A program made the position numbers and the translations under genes. Source: Eledone cirrhosa (taxonomy: Eukaryota). From it: a stretch of 64,000 nt of DNA. Positions within the stretch are counted from its first letter, which is position 1, and every line of letters starts with the position of its first letter. The stretch lies in NCBI GenBank assembly GCA_964016885.1, contig OZ024756.1, positions 40,734,001 to 40,798,000 of the forward strand, read 5' to 3'. Of the stretch, positions 1 through 14,500 are shown one piece after another. Below the pieces are notes generated by a model, which ran no database searches, was not told where the DNA came from, and saw only the letters and a list, made by a program, of their open reading frames with translations.

Positions 1-3000
1 ATAATTCTGTCAGTTGGTGTGGAGATATTGGCAAAGTCTAAGACAGTGCTAAATAAATCCATTAAACTACCAAGTTGATGGGAAACCTGGAGTAAGAAAG
101 AAATAAAAGTTAGTATTTGAAATGAAAACAATTGTTAATGACCTTATTTACCCAAATATAAGTTGATCCCCACTATTTTATGTCTGGGAAATGGGCAAAA
201 ATCTAAACCTTATTTATGTAGAATTTGAAGTTTGCTTTGCTTTTCATCCCTACGGATGTCGATAAAATAAAGCACCAGTAATGAACTGGGGTCAATTTAG
301 TCAACTTTCTCCTCTCCCCAAATTGCTGGCCTTGTACCTATACTAGAAATCATTATTATTATTATTATTATTTCCAATCCAATTAATAGAATTATTAATT
401 GATAATTAATACTCACAACTCCAGGTGAAATTTTGCCCGGCCACCAAGCAACTGCAGGTTCTCTCATGCCTCCTTCAAATGTTGTTTCTTTTCCACAGAG
501 AAATGGTCCATTACTGCCCCCTAACACATTAAATAAAACACAACTTTAGGATACACATCACATATGATTTTCGAGGGTAGACAGGGTGCATTTTGTCATG
601 GCATCAGCATGACCACCTTACAGGGGGGATTGGATGATTTTTCTTTTGCCATGGCACCAGTATGACCATCTTAATAGACATTTAATATTTCTATGCATGC
701 CACTGAATGAGAAAATAACATTTCACGACCTACCATGAGTCTTGGCATAGGTGGCAGCACCATTATCAGAAGAGAAGAATACAAATGTGTCTTTAGATAA
801 ATTGAAGTTGGACAAAGTTTTCAGAATATGTCCAACACCATAATCAAGTTCTCTGACAGCATCTCCATAACTGCAAATAAGACCAGATAGAAGAAAAGGT
901 AGTAGTGGTTGTGGTGTTAGGAAAGTTATCTGGCTGTAAAACATTGCCTCAAAAAGTCCCTTCCATCCCATGCCAGCATGGACATGTTAATATAAAAACT
1001 TTGATGATGATTAATCTCTTTCTATAACTATTTGCCAATGTAGAACATCAATAGTTTTATTATATTCTATTGTTTTACTTTATTACAGTAATCCTACTGT
1101 AGAAAGTTGGGTGATAGACATAACTACATACATGGTTCAACCCACCATTTGGCCCTCATGTGCACTTTAGGGCGTCTATTCTGTTGCAAGGATTCCGGTT
1201 TGAAAATATCTTCCTTCCTGACTTCCACAAGTTTCCCAAGCCACTCCCATGCCCCCAAAAGAAGGTTATGGGCATTATCCCTTTCCCTTCCCTTCTTGAC
1301 TTAACAGTAAAAAAATTTTTTTAAATAGTAAAATTGAAAACTGTGATATTCAGATAGCTTACATTCCTCGGCTACTTGTACCCAGGAACTGAGATGAAGC
1401 GTAGACAGGAGAATGTGTAGCATCGACAGCCCAGTACAAGAAAAATGGTTGATGTTTCTTGGCTTGACTTTCAATAAATCTTTCTGCTTCCTATCACAGA
1501 AGGAGAAGGAAATCAAGAATAGACAGAAACAAGATTGAATATTGTTAAAACCTCAAAGTAAAATATTCACAGTTTCACAAAATGTCAAGAATATACAGTA
1601 TTGAGAATTGTTACAGATCTAAATTATGTTTACCTTGATAAATCTAAATTATATTTATCTTAATATAAATCTACTAAATGATATTTACCTTGATATAGAT
1701 CTGAGTTAGGTTAGATTCACCTGTTTTCCTGTTTATCTTAAAATCTTCATAATATCTGTAAAGAAACACAGTATTAATTTAAAGTAGCACTAACATAGAG
1801 TTATTCATCATAGGGGTGTATATGAAACCATATACAATATGTTTATGTATGATAAAAACTCACTATGAATTTTCAGATTTGATCTGTGTGGGTAGGTCGG
1901 TAGGTGGGTGGCTAGGTAAGTAGTTTCATTTAGATATCTTGTCTCAATGTTCTAATAACAGTAGCCATACCAAGGACAACCTTTCTAGTACTGGTTGTTA
2001 TTAGGATCCAATTGGTGTAAGATAACTGGCTACAATAAAGTATTGACTTGGTATCTAATGATCGACCTAACACTTGCCAACTGGAAACACAGATGTAAAA
2101 TGATGATAATATGATGATGATGATGGTGAAATAGGGAGTCTCTACGTGGACAGTTGACAATCTAGAAATAATAGCAAAATCTCCATCAAATCCCACTATT
2201 ATGATTGTAAGCTCAACACCATTTCCAAAGTAGAAATATATATAAATTTACCTTCCAACCATATTCAGGTCTTGATAAACAGGAATATTAGGGGTCTTTT
2301 TGTTATCATAAGGACCAAAGTGGCAGTTAGGGGAACCAAACCATTCTTTAAATCCATGTTTTAGTGGATGATATTTTTCTTGATGTCCCAAGTGCCTAGA
2401 AGTAAGAATAGAATATTGAAGTAAGGATTTCTTAAGTGTTCTAGTAGTAAAAAACAATAACAGCAGCATTTACAACAGTGACAACACACACATATATATA
2501 TATACATACACATATATGTACATACACACACACATATATACATAGATACACATATATGTACATACACACACACATATATACATAGATACACATATATGTA
2601 CATACACACACACATATATACATAGATACACATATATGTACATACCATTTACCAATAATTTTAGTCTGGTAGCCGTTCTTCTGGAGAAGTTCTGACAACA
2701 AAACCTCATAGCCAGAGATACCTCCCACTATAGTTTGGGGTGTGTAGGCTGAAATAACAAAAATATACATTAATTTGTTGGACGTGGTCTCTTTGTAATA
2801 AATATTGAGGTTGTGAGTTTGATTCCAAGACTGTGTCCTTGAACAAGTCATACACTATATAAACACTGTTGTATATATAGTATATCTATAATGTAAAAAC
2901 ACTATATACATACATATATATATATATATATATAACTTTTCCTTTGGACAACACTGGAGGTGTGGAAAAAAGAAGAGACTGGTATGCATGCGTAATTGGT

Positions 3001-6000
3001 GGCCTTCCACAAAAACACCTTTCCTGGGCTTGTGCCTTGGAGGGGAACTCTCTAGGTACAAACCCATCGTCATTTATGACTGAAGGGGGCCCACAAAAAC
3101 TAAGTATAAATACTTACCATTACGAGCGTGTGCATTGGAAGAATAGAAGCCGTTTCTAATGGGGAGACGTCCTGTGAGTAACGCAGCTCTAGCTGAAGAT
3201 AAAAAGGAAGAGAACACAATGACAATAAAACAGCACCAAATTTATGTTGAGACATCACAAATATCAGGTTTTAATGTTGGGGAGGAAATTCTATAATAGT
3301 TCCTTGTTCTTCTTAATTTCTACTCCCTCACCACTATTAGTCCTGACATATGTCAACTCCAATCACTATAACACCATAGAAATGTTGCCTTTCTTCACTC
3401 TTTTTTTATGAATATTTTCATGGGAATTGTTCTGATGAACTTTCTTCTTTGATGCCTCATCATCAGTTTAAACAGGACACCAGACTGCTGACAAGGTCTC
3501 ATCCATTTACAGTTGAAGTTTGGATAATGTAATCACAAATTCTATTCTGATAGTTTCTTCCCTCACACATCTCACCTATGGAATTCTCTTCCTGCCTCTA
3601 GCTTTCTTGACCCATTACAATTAGTGAAGGTGTGGAATGTGGTATGGTATGGTCTAGTGGTTAGGGTGTTGGACTGTTGACCATAGTGAAGGTGTGTATT
3701 GTGGTCTAGTGGTTAGGGTGTTGGACTGTTGACCATAGTGAAGGTGTGTATTGTGGTCTAGTGGTTAGGGTGTTGGACTGTTGACCATAGTGAAGGTGTG
3801 TATTGTGGTCTAGTGGTTAGGGTGTTGGAGTTACAATCATGACAAAACAAAACAAGAAACCCATGTAATATAATTGTTTCTACTTTAGGCACAAGGCCAG
3901 CAATTACCCAGTGCATTACTGGTACTTTATTTTATCGACCCTGTAAGGATGAAAGGCAAAGTCAACCTCAGCGGGATTTGAACTCAGATCGTAAAGGGAC
4001 GTAGCTATGCTGGAAAGCATGGCGTCCGACCCTCTACTGATACTGCCAACCCACCGCCCTAACATGGCGTCCGACCCTCTACCGATACTGCCAACCCACC
4101 ACCCACAATATGTAATATAATGATTAAAAAATGTATTTAACTTACACGGAGAACACAATGGGTTGGCTGAATAAAAATCTGTCAGTAACATTCCTTGTGA
4201 AGCCATTTTATCAATGTTAGGGGTCTCTTTACTGGGTTCTCCCAAAATACCCAAGTCTCCCCAACCCATCTGTAAGAAAGAACACAAGATATTGATGGTG
4301 ATGGTGAATTCCTTTTGAGTGCTTCAATTGGTGTAGGACAGAACAAAGGAGAGATACAAAATAACAAATTAGTCACTGAGGATGACACAGAATGTGTGAC
4401 AAAAGAGCTTTGACAATAAACAAATAAACAACTATCCAGTTACTAAATTGAAGTGAAAACCAACAAGTGCATGTGTTTTTATTGACAGCATGACCCTACC
4501 AAAGTATAACAATATTTGTATTATTGTTGTGGTATAAATATGGCCACTGCTTTTGGTCACTTTTCTTGGTGTCACACTTTCTTAACTTTCTGTTTACTCT
4601 GAACGATAACATATTAACTTCTCCCTCCATTGAGTGCTTTGTGACTGCCTCAAACAATTCGATTAGTATCTGCTATACTGCGGCTACAACTTCTATTCAT
4701 ACCTAATATATATATATAGTTGGTTGATGTATCTGAAAGTCTGAGACAGTTTGGGTGTCAGTCATATCATACGTCACATATTTACCTCCGAGAAACTAAA
4801 TACATTTTATTCACATCAACCCACATTTTGAACTCATAAAATCTATAGATTTTAGTTTTAACATTTGACTTATTCAATATGGTGCTGACTAATGTTAGAT
4901 AATCAACAACCATGTAACACCTCTTCTGCAGTTCAATACTTATATATTGATTTGAGTTCACTTCTAAAGCATGTGGCCCCAGGTTCGTGACACATGGGTA
5001 ATTGTCTTTAGCTATAGCCCCAGGTTGACCACAGCCTTGTGAGTGAAATGTGGTAGAGGGGTCACTTTGTGGAAGCCTGCTGTGTGTGTTTGTCTACGTC
5101 TAAACTTTCAAGAAAGAATTTGTGAATTTCTAAATGAAATTGTTCATAAATAAAGTTTAGTAGTAGTTTTATTGCAGCCATTGTTAAATGATTTCTAACC
5201 TCATTATATGATAAAAAAAAACACACACCCTGTCTACCTCTGTGAGAGGGTTGTGTTAGTGACAGAAGAAATACCCAGTCCACCTTGTAAGGTGGTCATG
5301 CAGGTGCCACAACAAAAAGTATCCCGTCCATCCTGCAAGGTGGTGTCCCTAGTGCCATGATAAAAAGTACCCCGTCCGCCCTGCAATGTTGTGTCTCTAG
5401 TGCCATGATAAAAAGTACCCCGTCCACCCTGCAAGGTGGTATCTCTAGTGCCATGATAAAAAGTACCCCGTCCACCCTGCAAGGTGGTGTCCCTAGTGCC
5501 ATGATAAAAAGTACCCCGTCCACCCTGCAAGGTGGTGTCCCTAGTGCCATGATAAAAAGTACCCCGTCCACCCTGCAAGGTGGTGTCTCTAGTGCCATGA
5601 TAAAAAGTACCCCGTCCGCCCTGCAAGGTGATGTCTCTAGTGCCATGACAAAGAGCAGTTAATCCACGGTGTTTTCTTTACATTAGATTGTTTTCTTCAT
5701 TTTTTTTCTTTATTTTTCCTGTGTTTTCAACGATTCTGACCCCCAAACTCATCGGAAATGCTTCCACCCCACCCATAATCCGTTTTCTAATAAAAACAAC
5801 AGTCATTTCCGACAGGTTTGAGGGAAGAGCCATCATCTAGGGATAGATTAGGATGGTAAGACATGGTAGTGGTCTACTAGAGCAAGGGAGAGGAGATAGA
5901 AGCCCACAACATATATGAAAAGTGGGTGTTTCCAGCGAGGAGGACAACTTGCTGAAGGTTACAGACTTAGTTCGTGGCTGGGGCAAGACTCCAGGAAGAC

Positions 6001-6209
6001 AGAAGGTAACATAGTGGGGGAATAGTAGGGTAACCAAGGAGGAGGGGTTTAAAGCCAAGAAACAGGCATAGAAGGACTGGAACAATGAGGGAGCAACAGT
6101 AAGGAAAGAAGCTAGGTTGCAAGTGAATCTAACTAGTTTTTAATATTCAATGTAAATATTTAATAACGGAGACGAGATGACATGCGATGGCTTTTGTTGA
6201 CAACTACAG

Positions 6210-6263
<54 letters not shown>

Positions 6264-6353
6264 CGGCTTGGTTGTTGTTATCTAGCCATTAACAAGAGGA
6301 GAAAGATGTAAACACGGTAGAAAGGGAGGGAGAGAGAGAGAGAGGACCCACAG

Positions 6354-6407
<54 letters not shown>

Positions 6408-7087
6408 CCACAGATATATATATATATGAGAGAGAGAGAGAGGACCCACAGATATATATATATAAGAGAGAGAGAGAGAGAGGACCCACAGATATATATA
6501 TATAAGAGAGAGAGAGAGAACCCACAGATATATATATATGAGAGAGAGAGAGAGAGGACCCACAGATATATATATATAAGAGAGAGAGAGAGAACCCACA
6601 GATATATATAAGAGAGAGAGAGAACCCACAGATATATATAAGAGAGAGAGAGAACCCACAGATATATATATATATGAGAGAGAGAGAGAGGACCCACAGA
6701 TATATATATATAAGAGAGAGAGAGAGAGGACCCACAGATATATATATATAAGAGAGAGAGAGAGAACCCACAGATATATATAAGAGAGAGAGAGAACCCA
6801 CAGATATATATATATATGAGAGAGAGAGAGAGGACCCACAGATATATATATATAAGAGAGAGAGAGAGAGGACCCACAGATATATATATATAAGAGAGAG
6901 AGAGAGAACCCACAGATATATATATATATGAGAGAGAGAGAGAACCCACAGATATATATATATGAGAGAGAGAGAGAGGACCCACAGATATATATATATG
7001 AGAGAGAGAGAGAGGACCCACAGATATATATATATGAGAGAGAGAGAGAGGGCCCACAGATATATATATGAGAGAGAGAGGACCCAC

Positions 7088-7126
<39 letters not shown>

Positions 7127-7396
7127 GGCCCACAGATATATATATGAGAGAGAGAGGGGAGGAAGTCTTCAGAAAGTTTAACGGGAGAAAATTTAAGAAA
7201 ACGAAAGAAAAGAGAGAGAGAGAATACGACGGAAACTTGTTGAATATTAAACATGTCCTATAAATGTTATTATAAGAGACACGAGGAGAAGAATTTCTAT
7301 TAAACTCACATCGTCCATTAACATAATGATAAAATTAGGTTGACTGTTAACATAACCACAAAGAATGGTTATACCAAACCAGAGTAGAAACTCCAT
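1..7396 (-). CDS. GALNS: N-acetylgalactosamine-6-sulfatase (exons 1-10; 3' part lies outside the window)
   Basis: Hand-spliced GT-AG exons: 7310-7396 ([29 protein letters not shown], signal peptide), 4146-4269 (MGWGDLG...SANPLCSP), 3118-3192 ([17 protein letters not shown]), 2646-2748 (..IIGKW), 2252-2395 (HLG...[13 protein letters not shown]), 1689-1755 ([20 protein letters not shown]), 1363-1490 ([18 protein letters not shown]), 734-870 (YGDAVRELD...SSDNGAA), 417-520 ([21 protein letters not shown]), 1-86 ([12 protein letters not shown]). Contains the sulfatase CxPSR motif and GALNS-specific motifs. Confidence 0.96.
225..350 (+). mobile_element. tRNA-derived SINE fragment (family A)
   Basis: tttgcttttcatccc...gtcgataaaataaagcaccagta...gctggccttgtaccta; matches the fuller copy at 31685-31880. 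Confidence 0.7.
2495..2645 (-). repeat. 40-bp tandem repeat starting exactly at the GALNS exon 4 donor
   Basis: Minus-strand unit gtatgtacatatatgtgtatctatgtatatatgtgtgtgt, ~3.7 copies; the first copy begins at the GT. Confidence 0.85.
3640..3840 (+). repeat. ~52-bp tandem repeat derived from a SINE tRNA-like head
   Basis: Unit gtggtctagtggttagggtgttggactgttgaccatagtgaaggtgtgtatt, ~4 copies; contains A-box-like TGGTCTAGTGG. Confidence 0.75.
3870..4105 (-). mobile_element. tRNA-derived SINE (family A), near full length
   Basis: Reverse complement of the 31685 copy: B-box gagttcaaatcc, ctttcatcc, gtcgataaaataaagtaccagta; the 5' head is locally duplicated. Confidence 0.8.
5265..5650 (-). repeat. 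48-bp minisatellite derived from a dispersed repeat segment
   Basis: ~7-8 copies of ccaccttgcagggtggacggggtactttttatcatggcactagggaca; source of the spurious ORFs at 5234-5662. Confidence 0.9.
6322..7160. repeat. Compound (GA)n-GGACCCACA-(TA)n minisatellite in GALNS intron 1
   Basis: More than 20 units of gagagagagaggacccacagatatatatata with variable dinucleotide lengths. Confidence 0.95.
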
Positions 7397-7690
7397 TACG
7401 ATGGATTTGGGGAAGGTTTTCTTGTCTTTCTTAGTTCTGCTATTATTATTGTAGATTTATATATATTTTCGAAAATCAGGAAACATTTATTATAACCACG
7501 TGATTCTGTTATTAACTGTAACAGCTTGGTTTTTAAGTGTGTGTATGAGGTATGAGGGGGTGCTTTCATATGTGTGTGTGTGTGTATGTATATAGGAAAA
7601 TGTTCAAGACCCCGACGCCAGAGCTCAAGGCGTTTCGACGGCTATTTCTGGATAAATATATATATTTCTGGATTAATATATAAATTTCTG

Positions 7691-7723
<33 letters not shown>

Positions 7724-8364
7724 GGGGTATCTGTATAAATATGTATATATACAGACAAGAGTCAAATGTCAGCTACTTTGTGCTAAATTTAACTGGGAAA
7801 TGGTAATTTGATATTTTCCACTCTACTTATCTCTCTCTCTGTCCTTCCTTTCTTTCTGTCTCCCCCTCTTTCCCTCTCTCCTTCCTTTATTTCTCTCTCC
7901 CCCTCTCTCAGAGGTCAACTGTTGTTAACTTTAGTTATCTAGCACTCTTAGGACAATCTTCTTTATTTATTAAAAAAAATTCTAAACAAATCAATTTCAA
8001 ATAACAACACTAGAGATATTTAAAAATAGACAAGGAAGGAAAAGGCAAGAACTCTTAAGATCACAGAAGGACGGGGAGGGGGATTGGCTCTGGGCTTAGG
8101 GCAGTGGTATGCCCATGACTAGAATAATATCAATCATAGTTTTATTCACCACAATAATGCAATTTTGTGAAGAAGACTGCAATAATTTTACAGCACAAGG
8201 GAGAGGAGAGGTAGAGAATTACCTCAAATAGGATTTGAACTCTAAACCATGAACCATCTAGTTTAGTCTTTTTACTGCCACTTGCCTCATTGCAGAGTTT
8301 GTAATGATTAAATAAGTCTGAATGAAGGACTTCCAAATGTTAATGTTTGCTCCCTTTTGGTACT

Positions 8365-8672
8365 TCTTTGGGGGTCTCAGGATTCACAACCTCTGTGAGT
8401 TCATCCCTTACATTCTAGACCAGCACCAATTTCTTTGGGGTCTCAGGATTCACAACCTCTGTGAGTTCATCCCTTACATTTTAGACCAGTCACAGGTCCA
8501 GCACCAATTTCTTTGGGGGTCTCAGGATTCACAACCTCTGTGAATCCATCCCTTACATTCTAGACCAGTCACAGGTCCAGCACCAGTATCTTTGGGGTCT
8601 CAGGATTCACAACCTCTGTGAGTTCATCCCTTACATTCTAGACCAGTCACAGGTCCAGCACCAGTATCTTTC
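8365..8672. repeat. ~78-bp tandem repeat, about 4 copies
   Basis: ggggtctcaggattcacaacctctgtgagttcatcccttacattctagaccag... repeated. Confidence 0.9.
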
Positions 8673-8929
8673 AATATTAGATGGAAACTGCAATATATTT
8701 TTCCAATGGTCCCTTCTACCTAAGACCTGAATGTGTCCCTTCTTACCCTGTACAAAGGACAATGTGGTATGATTGCATTTATTCAATCTAACCATTCTAC
8801 AGCTTTTGGTGGTCCCATCACCATTTTGGTAATTTTCACAGATTCATGAAGATTAACTCTTTTTTAGAGGCACCCTTTACTTGCCTTGTCATAACTATAT
8901 TGCTGGGTTGTGAGAGTTTTCTTGAGAGC

Positions 8930-9290
8930 TAATAGTATCACTCATTGCTCCATCTGCCCTAATAGGTTACTACTGTTGGGTCTAGGGAGCTACCAGTGTC
9001 ACTGTTGGGTCTAGGGAGCTACCAGTGTCACTGTTGGGTCTAGGGAGCTACGAGTGTCACTGTTGGGTCGAGGGAGCTAACAGTATCACTCATTGCTCCA
9101 TCTCCTCTAGTAGTTTATTACTGTTGGGCCCAGGGAGCTAACAGTGTCACTTGTAGCTCCACCTCTCCTAGTAGGTTACTGTTGTTGGGTTCATCTCCCC
9201 TAGTAGGGTCTAGGGAGCTACCAGTGTCATTGTTGGGTCCAGAGAGCTACCAGTGTCACTCGTCACTCTATCTTCCCCAGTAGGTTACTG
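8930..9290. repeat. Degenerate ~29-bp tandem repeat
   Basis: actgttgggtctagggagctaccagtgtc repeated with variants. Confidence 0.8.
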
Positions 9291-9575
9291 CTGTTTGATC
9301 CGGGGTCATTTATTCATCAGTGATCCAATATTTTACAAGCAAGTGAGTAAGTGCGGGTTATTAAGTAATTGATCAAGTTAAGTAAATTGAGTGCATAATT
9401 GATTAGCGAGAGTAGATTTAAATCCCTAGGTATCTGTTATATACCTGTGTATTATAGTCAATCAACATTATATCACTGACACACTAGCATTGTTCTCTAG
9501 ACACAAACAACAACTAAACTCCAGCAATCTCATCTATTGTTTTATTGTACATGTATATATAGATACACATACACA

Positions 9576-9678
<103 letters not shown>

Positions 9679-9683
9679 ACACA

Positions 9684-9714
<31 letters not shown>

Positions 9715-9954
9715 GCATACACATACACACATGCGCACACATATGCATCAATTCCAACACATATCAACATACATAAGCATAAGTACACTCACATACATAA
9801 GTACACTCACATACAGACATAATCCCCAAGTTTGTAATAACAAGTGGATAAGTGAAACTGTTGGCTGGGAGCTACTGAGCGAAAAACAATCAGTTTAGAA
9901 GAGATTATCCTCAACTTATTTACTTGTTACAAGCTAGTTTAAAGATGGTGGTAT

Positions 9955-10337
9955 ACACATACATAGGAGCAGGCCTCTGATACAGGTCTACACATACATA
10001 GGAGCTGTCCTCTGATACAGGTCTATACATACATAGGAGCTGTCCTCTGATACAGGTCTATACATACATAGGAGCTGTCCTCTGATACAGGTCTACACAT
10101 ACATAGGAGCTGTCCTCTGATACAGGTCTATACATACATAGGAGCTGTCCTCTGATACAGGTCTATACATACATAGGAGCTGTCCTCTGATACAGGTCTA
10201 TACATACATAGGAGCTGTCCTCTGATACAGGTCTATACATACATAGGAGCTGTCCTCTGATACAGGTCTACACATACATAGGAGCTGTCCTCTGATGCAG
10301 GTCTACACATACATAGGAGCTGTCCTCTGATGCAGGT
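9955..10337. repeat. 35-bp minisatellite, about 11 copies
   Basis: tacatacataggagctgtcctctgatacaggtcta. Confidence 0.95.
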
Positions 10338-11542
10338 AGGTTTATCATGGGTACTACTCAAAAATGAACATATAATCATCAATAATTTATAAATCTGTTC
10401 AACACGTTTAGTTCAATAACTTTGCTGTGAATTTTCTGGCGTTACGTATCAGCTTCCTATAGCTGTAGGTTAGTTAGAGGAATTTATATGAGAGATAAAT
10501 ACCATGTTTCTCTAGCTGTCTATCCCGAGGTACGACAGACTGGAATCACATTCATTTGCATCTACACCAGTTTATCTTTTTTGTTTCTTTGTCAATATAC
10601 TTTCTTTATTTGTATATGTGTATATAACTTTCAATCCATTTATGCATCCTATCTATCTATTTGTCTGTTGTTCTATATGCTTCAATATATATATACATAT
10701 ATATATACATATATATACACATATATATACACACACACACTCACCCACTCACTCACTTCATCATCACTGTTTAACGTCCATTTTTCCATGCTGGCATGGG
10801 TTAGACAAGTTATCCTGTTGTTGCTAGGTCAAGTGACCTAGCATTGCTAGAGAACAGTTTGTAGATGGTTATTAGTTTAAATGCCCAAGAAACACTGTGT
10901 GCCATGTCAGTACCCCTACAATACAGGTTTTGGATTAAACCCACAGGTTTTGGATAAAAAAAAACATGAAAAAAAATATACAAAGGTCAAAGGTGCTCTA
11001 CCTGCCAAAAATTAAAACAAAAAATAAATATGATCAACCAGGGTAGACAACTCTTGCTGTCCCCCTTTCTAAAGCCTGCTCCTATCTTGATCATTATGTT
11101 TGATCAGTGCTAACCTGGGGCTAAACACCACCACCAACAACAACAACAACAACAACAACAAGACCATGATGTTTTGTAATAAAAGCCATTGTTAAGACTT
11201 TCTCAGGCTCTACTTTACCACAAACTTTAGCCCTTTCTCTTAGCAGTTCCCCCCTCTTTTATGAAAGGAGGGAAAATTAATCCATGTTAGTTGTTAATCC
11301 AATTATTTACAATGAAACATTTCTCTCTTGTTTAACTTAGCATTGTTGTAGCTGTTGTTGTTCTTGTTGCTGTTGTTGTTACAAGAACAAATTGTGGACT
11401 TGTAAAGACAGAAAATAATTGAAACAATATATTTTCAATGCACCTTTATTTTCCCTTTTCTCCACCTTTCACACCTGACATTTTGTCACTAATTCTCTTT
11501 TCAGAAGTTTGGAAATTTTATTCTACTTCAAACATTTAAAAA

Positions 11543-14500
11543 ATGATTAAATCATCGAAACTTTGTTTATGGAGAATAGTACCACTATTTCTTCTGTTAC
11601 ACACGGTTGATGGTACGAAAACTACTATTAAAGAAGCTGAAGGTACATTACAATATTATAACTATATTATAACTATTACTATATTATAACTATTTCTATA
11701 TTATAATTCTAACTATATTATAACTATTACTACATTATAACTATTACTATATTATAACTATTACTATATAATAACTATGATTATGCTATAACTATACTAT
11801 AACTATTACTATATTATAACTATACTATAACTATTACTATATTATAAATATATTATAATTATTACTATAACTATATTTACTATATTATAACTATATTATA
11901 ACCTTAACTATAATATAGAGAAAAATCTGAACTGTTTCTTCTTTTCATGTAGACACCACAAGTAATACATCTTTTGATGTAGGTTATGATATATCCAAAA
12001 TCTCACACAGCAAGTTTGTGGCACAAACGCCATTTGTACAAAACTGTAAGTATTTGGGTATATTTTGGGCAAGCAGATATATAGCTCACACCTATGTAGG
12101 TTTAGTTGACCTTATACACAGATATATAGCTCACATCTATGTAGGTTTAGTTGACCTTATACACAGATATATAGCTCACATCTATGTAGGTTTAGTTGAC
12201 CTTATACACAGATATATAGCTAACATCTATGTAGGTTTAGTTGACCTTATACACAGATATATAGCTCACACCTATGTAGGTTTAGTTGACCTTATACACA
12301 GATATTTAGCTAACATTTATGTAGGTTTAGTTGACCTTATACAGAGATATATAGCTCACACCTATGTAGGTTTAGTTGACCTTATACACAGATATATAGC
12401 TAACATCTATGTAGGTTTAGTTGACCTTATACACAGATATATAGCTAACATCTATGTAGGTTTAGTTGACTTTATACACAGATATATAGCTAACACCTAT
12501 GTAGGTTTAGTTGACCTTATACACAGATATATAGCTCACACCTATGTAGGTTTAGTTGACCTTATACACAGATATATAGCTAACATCTATGTAGGTTTAG
12601 TTGACCTTATACACAGATATATAGCTAACATCTATGTAGGTTTAGTTGACTTTATACACAGATATATAGCTAACACCTATGTAGGTTTAGTTGACCTTAT
12701 ACACAGATATATAGCTCTCTCTCTAAACTCTACACTACTCCACCATATTCTCATTTGATCCTTCTCTATATAATTCCTCCTCTACAGACCCCATAGCATA
12801 TGCTGGCCAATGTGGAGACTATTTCTTGGTGCCATCAAACTGTACATATGAAGTATCAGTCAACTTTGGTATTCATGATCAAGATCTTGGAGACCTCTAC
12901 TGTGTCCTAACGTTTATGGCCCTGGGAGGTTCCAGAAGGAAGTTCTGTGTTAATGTTACCAAGATACATCTCACAGAAGACATGGACGTCTATATCTTTG
13001 AAGGAGAGAACATGGAATATCCAGAACTATACAAACATATTATTAGGGTAAGAATTAGATATTTTACGGAAATTATTTTTACCACGAACACTCCGAACAC
13101 CTCCATCACCATCACCACTACCACCACCACTGCCATCATCATTACCACCACCGCTACCATTACCACCACCACTGCCATTACCACCACCACTGCCATCACC
13201 ATTACCACCACTATCATCACCATTACCACCACCACTGCCATCATCATTACCACCACCACTACCATTACCACCACTATCATCACCATTACCACCACCACCA
13301 TTGCCATCACCACCACCATTACCACCACTACCATCACCATCACCATTACCACCACTACCATCACCACTGCCATCATCATTACCACCACCACCTCCACTGC
13401 CATCACCACCACCATTACCACCACTACCATCACCATTACCACCACTACCATCACCACTGCCATCATCATTACCACCACCACTGCCATCACCACCACCACC
13501 TCCACTGCCATCACCACCACCATTACCACCACTACCATCACCATTACCACCACTACCATCACCACTGCCATCATCATTACCACCACCACTGCCATCACCA
13601 CCACCACCTCCACTGCCATCACCACCACCATTACCACCACTATCACTACTATCATCACTGCCACCACCACCACCACTACCGGCCTTTTGAAACTTATTAG
13701 TCTTATATAACTAATTTCTTGTATGTTGACTATTTTCAGCATTTAACCAACACAGAAGGCCCACAGATATTCTGTACCAACACAAACACGCTCAGTGTTC
13801 GCTTTGAGTACCCAATTTTAAAAGGGAGTCTCTCTCCAGATGTGGAATTCAGCGTCATACCAACAGATGATGGTCAGTTTTATATCAACTTCTAATTTAG
13901 AGGTCATTAGACTGTTGCCATGTCACCCAATACTGGCCTCTCACATTTGAGAGTCAGCAATGTCTTCAATAAAACAGTTTATATGTAATAAATAATAAAG
14001 AGAGGGTTGGGAAAGCTGGTATAGTGTAAATAAAAATATAAAGATAGTGCTGGAGTAAAAAGGATGACAAAACAAAACTAAATAATGTCTTTGGCCAATA
14101 TATTTCATTATAATATTTCAAGGTAAAGACTTTTCAAATGATGAACGCAGAAAAACGTAATGTTCTGTTGTTCTCACAAATATTTCCTTTTTTTTAAGCC
14201 CATGCTACTATATGAATACATACATGAGATGATGGCTGCAACTCAATTTTGAGTAATGTTTATCACTTGATACTGAATCATGAACATCACAGATGTGGCT
14301 TTTTAGTTCTGCTAGGACTATAGCCTATAGCCAGCAATGCCATGCATCACAAAAAATATCACATATCAAGCAATTCTTGACATATACATACACACATACA
14401 TATATACATACATACATACATATATACATACACACATACATATATACATACACACATACATACATACATACACACATACATACATACATACACAGTTGGA

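Noticed and set aside
5818-6130. Purine-rich segment that might be a LINE fragment or exon
   Set aside because: No convincing protein motif or splice context; left unclassified.
6278-7254. 269-321 aa LSLSYIYI ORFs
   Set aside because: GA/TA compound microsatellite.
10385-10530. Possible TATA box and non-coding first exon of the CUB-like gene (donor-like GAG|gtacga)
   Set aside because: Plausible, but the signals are too weak to call without transcript data.
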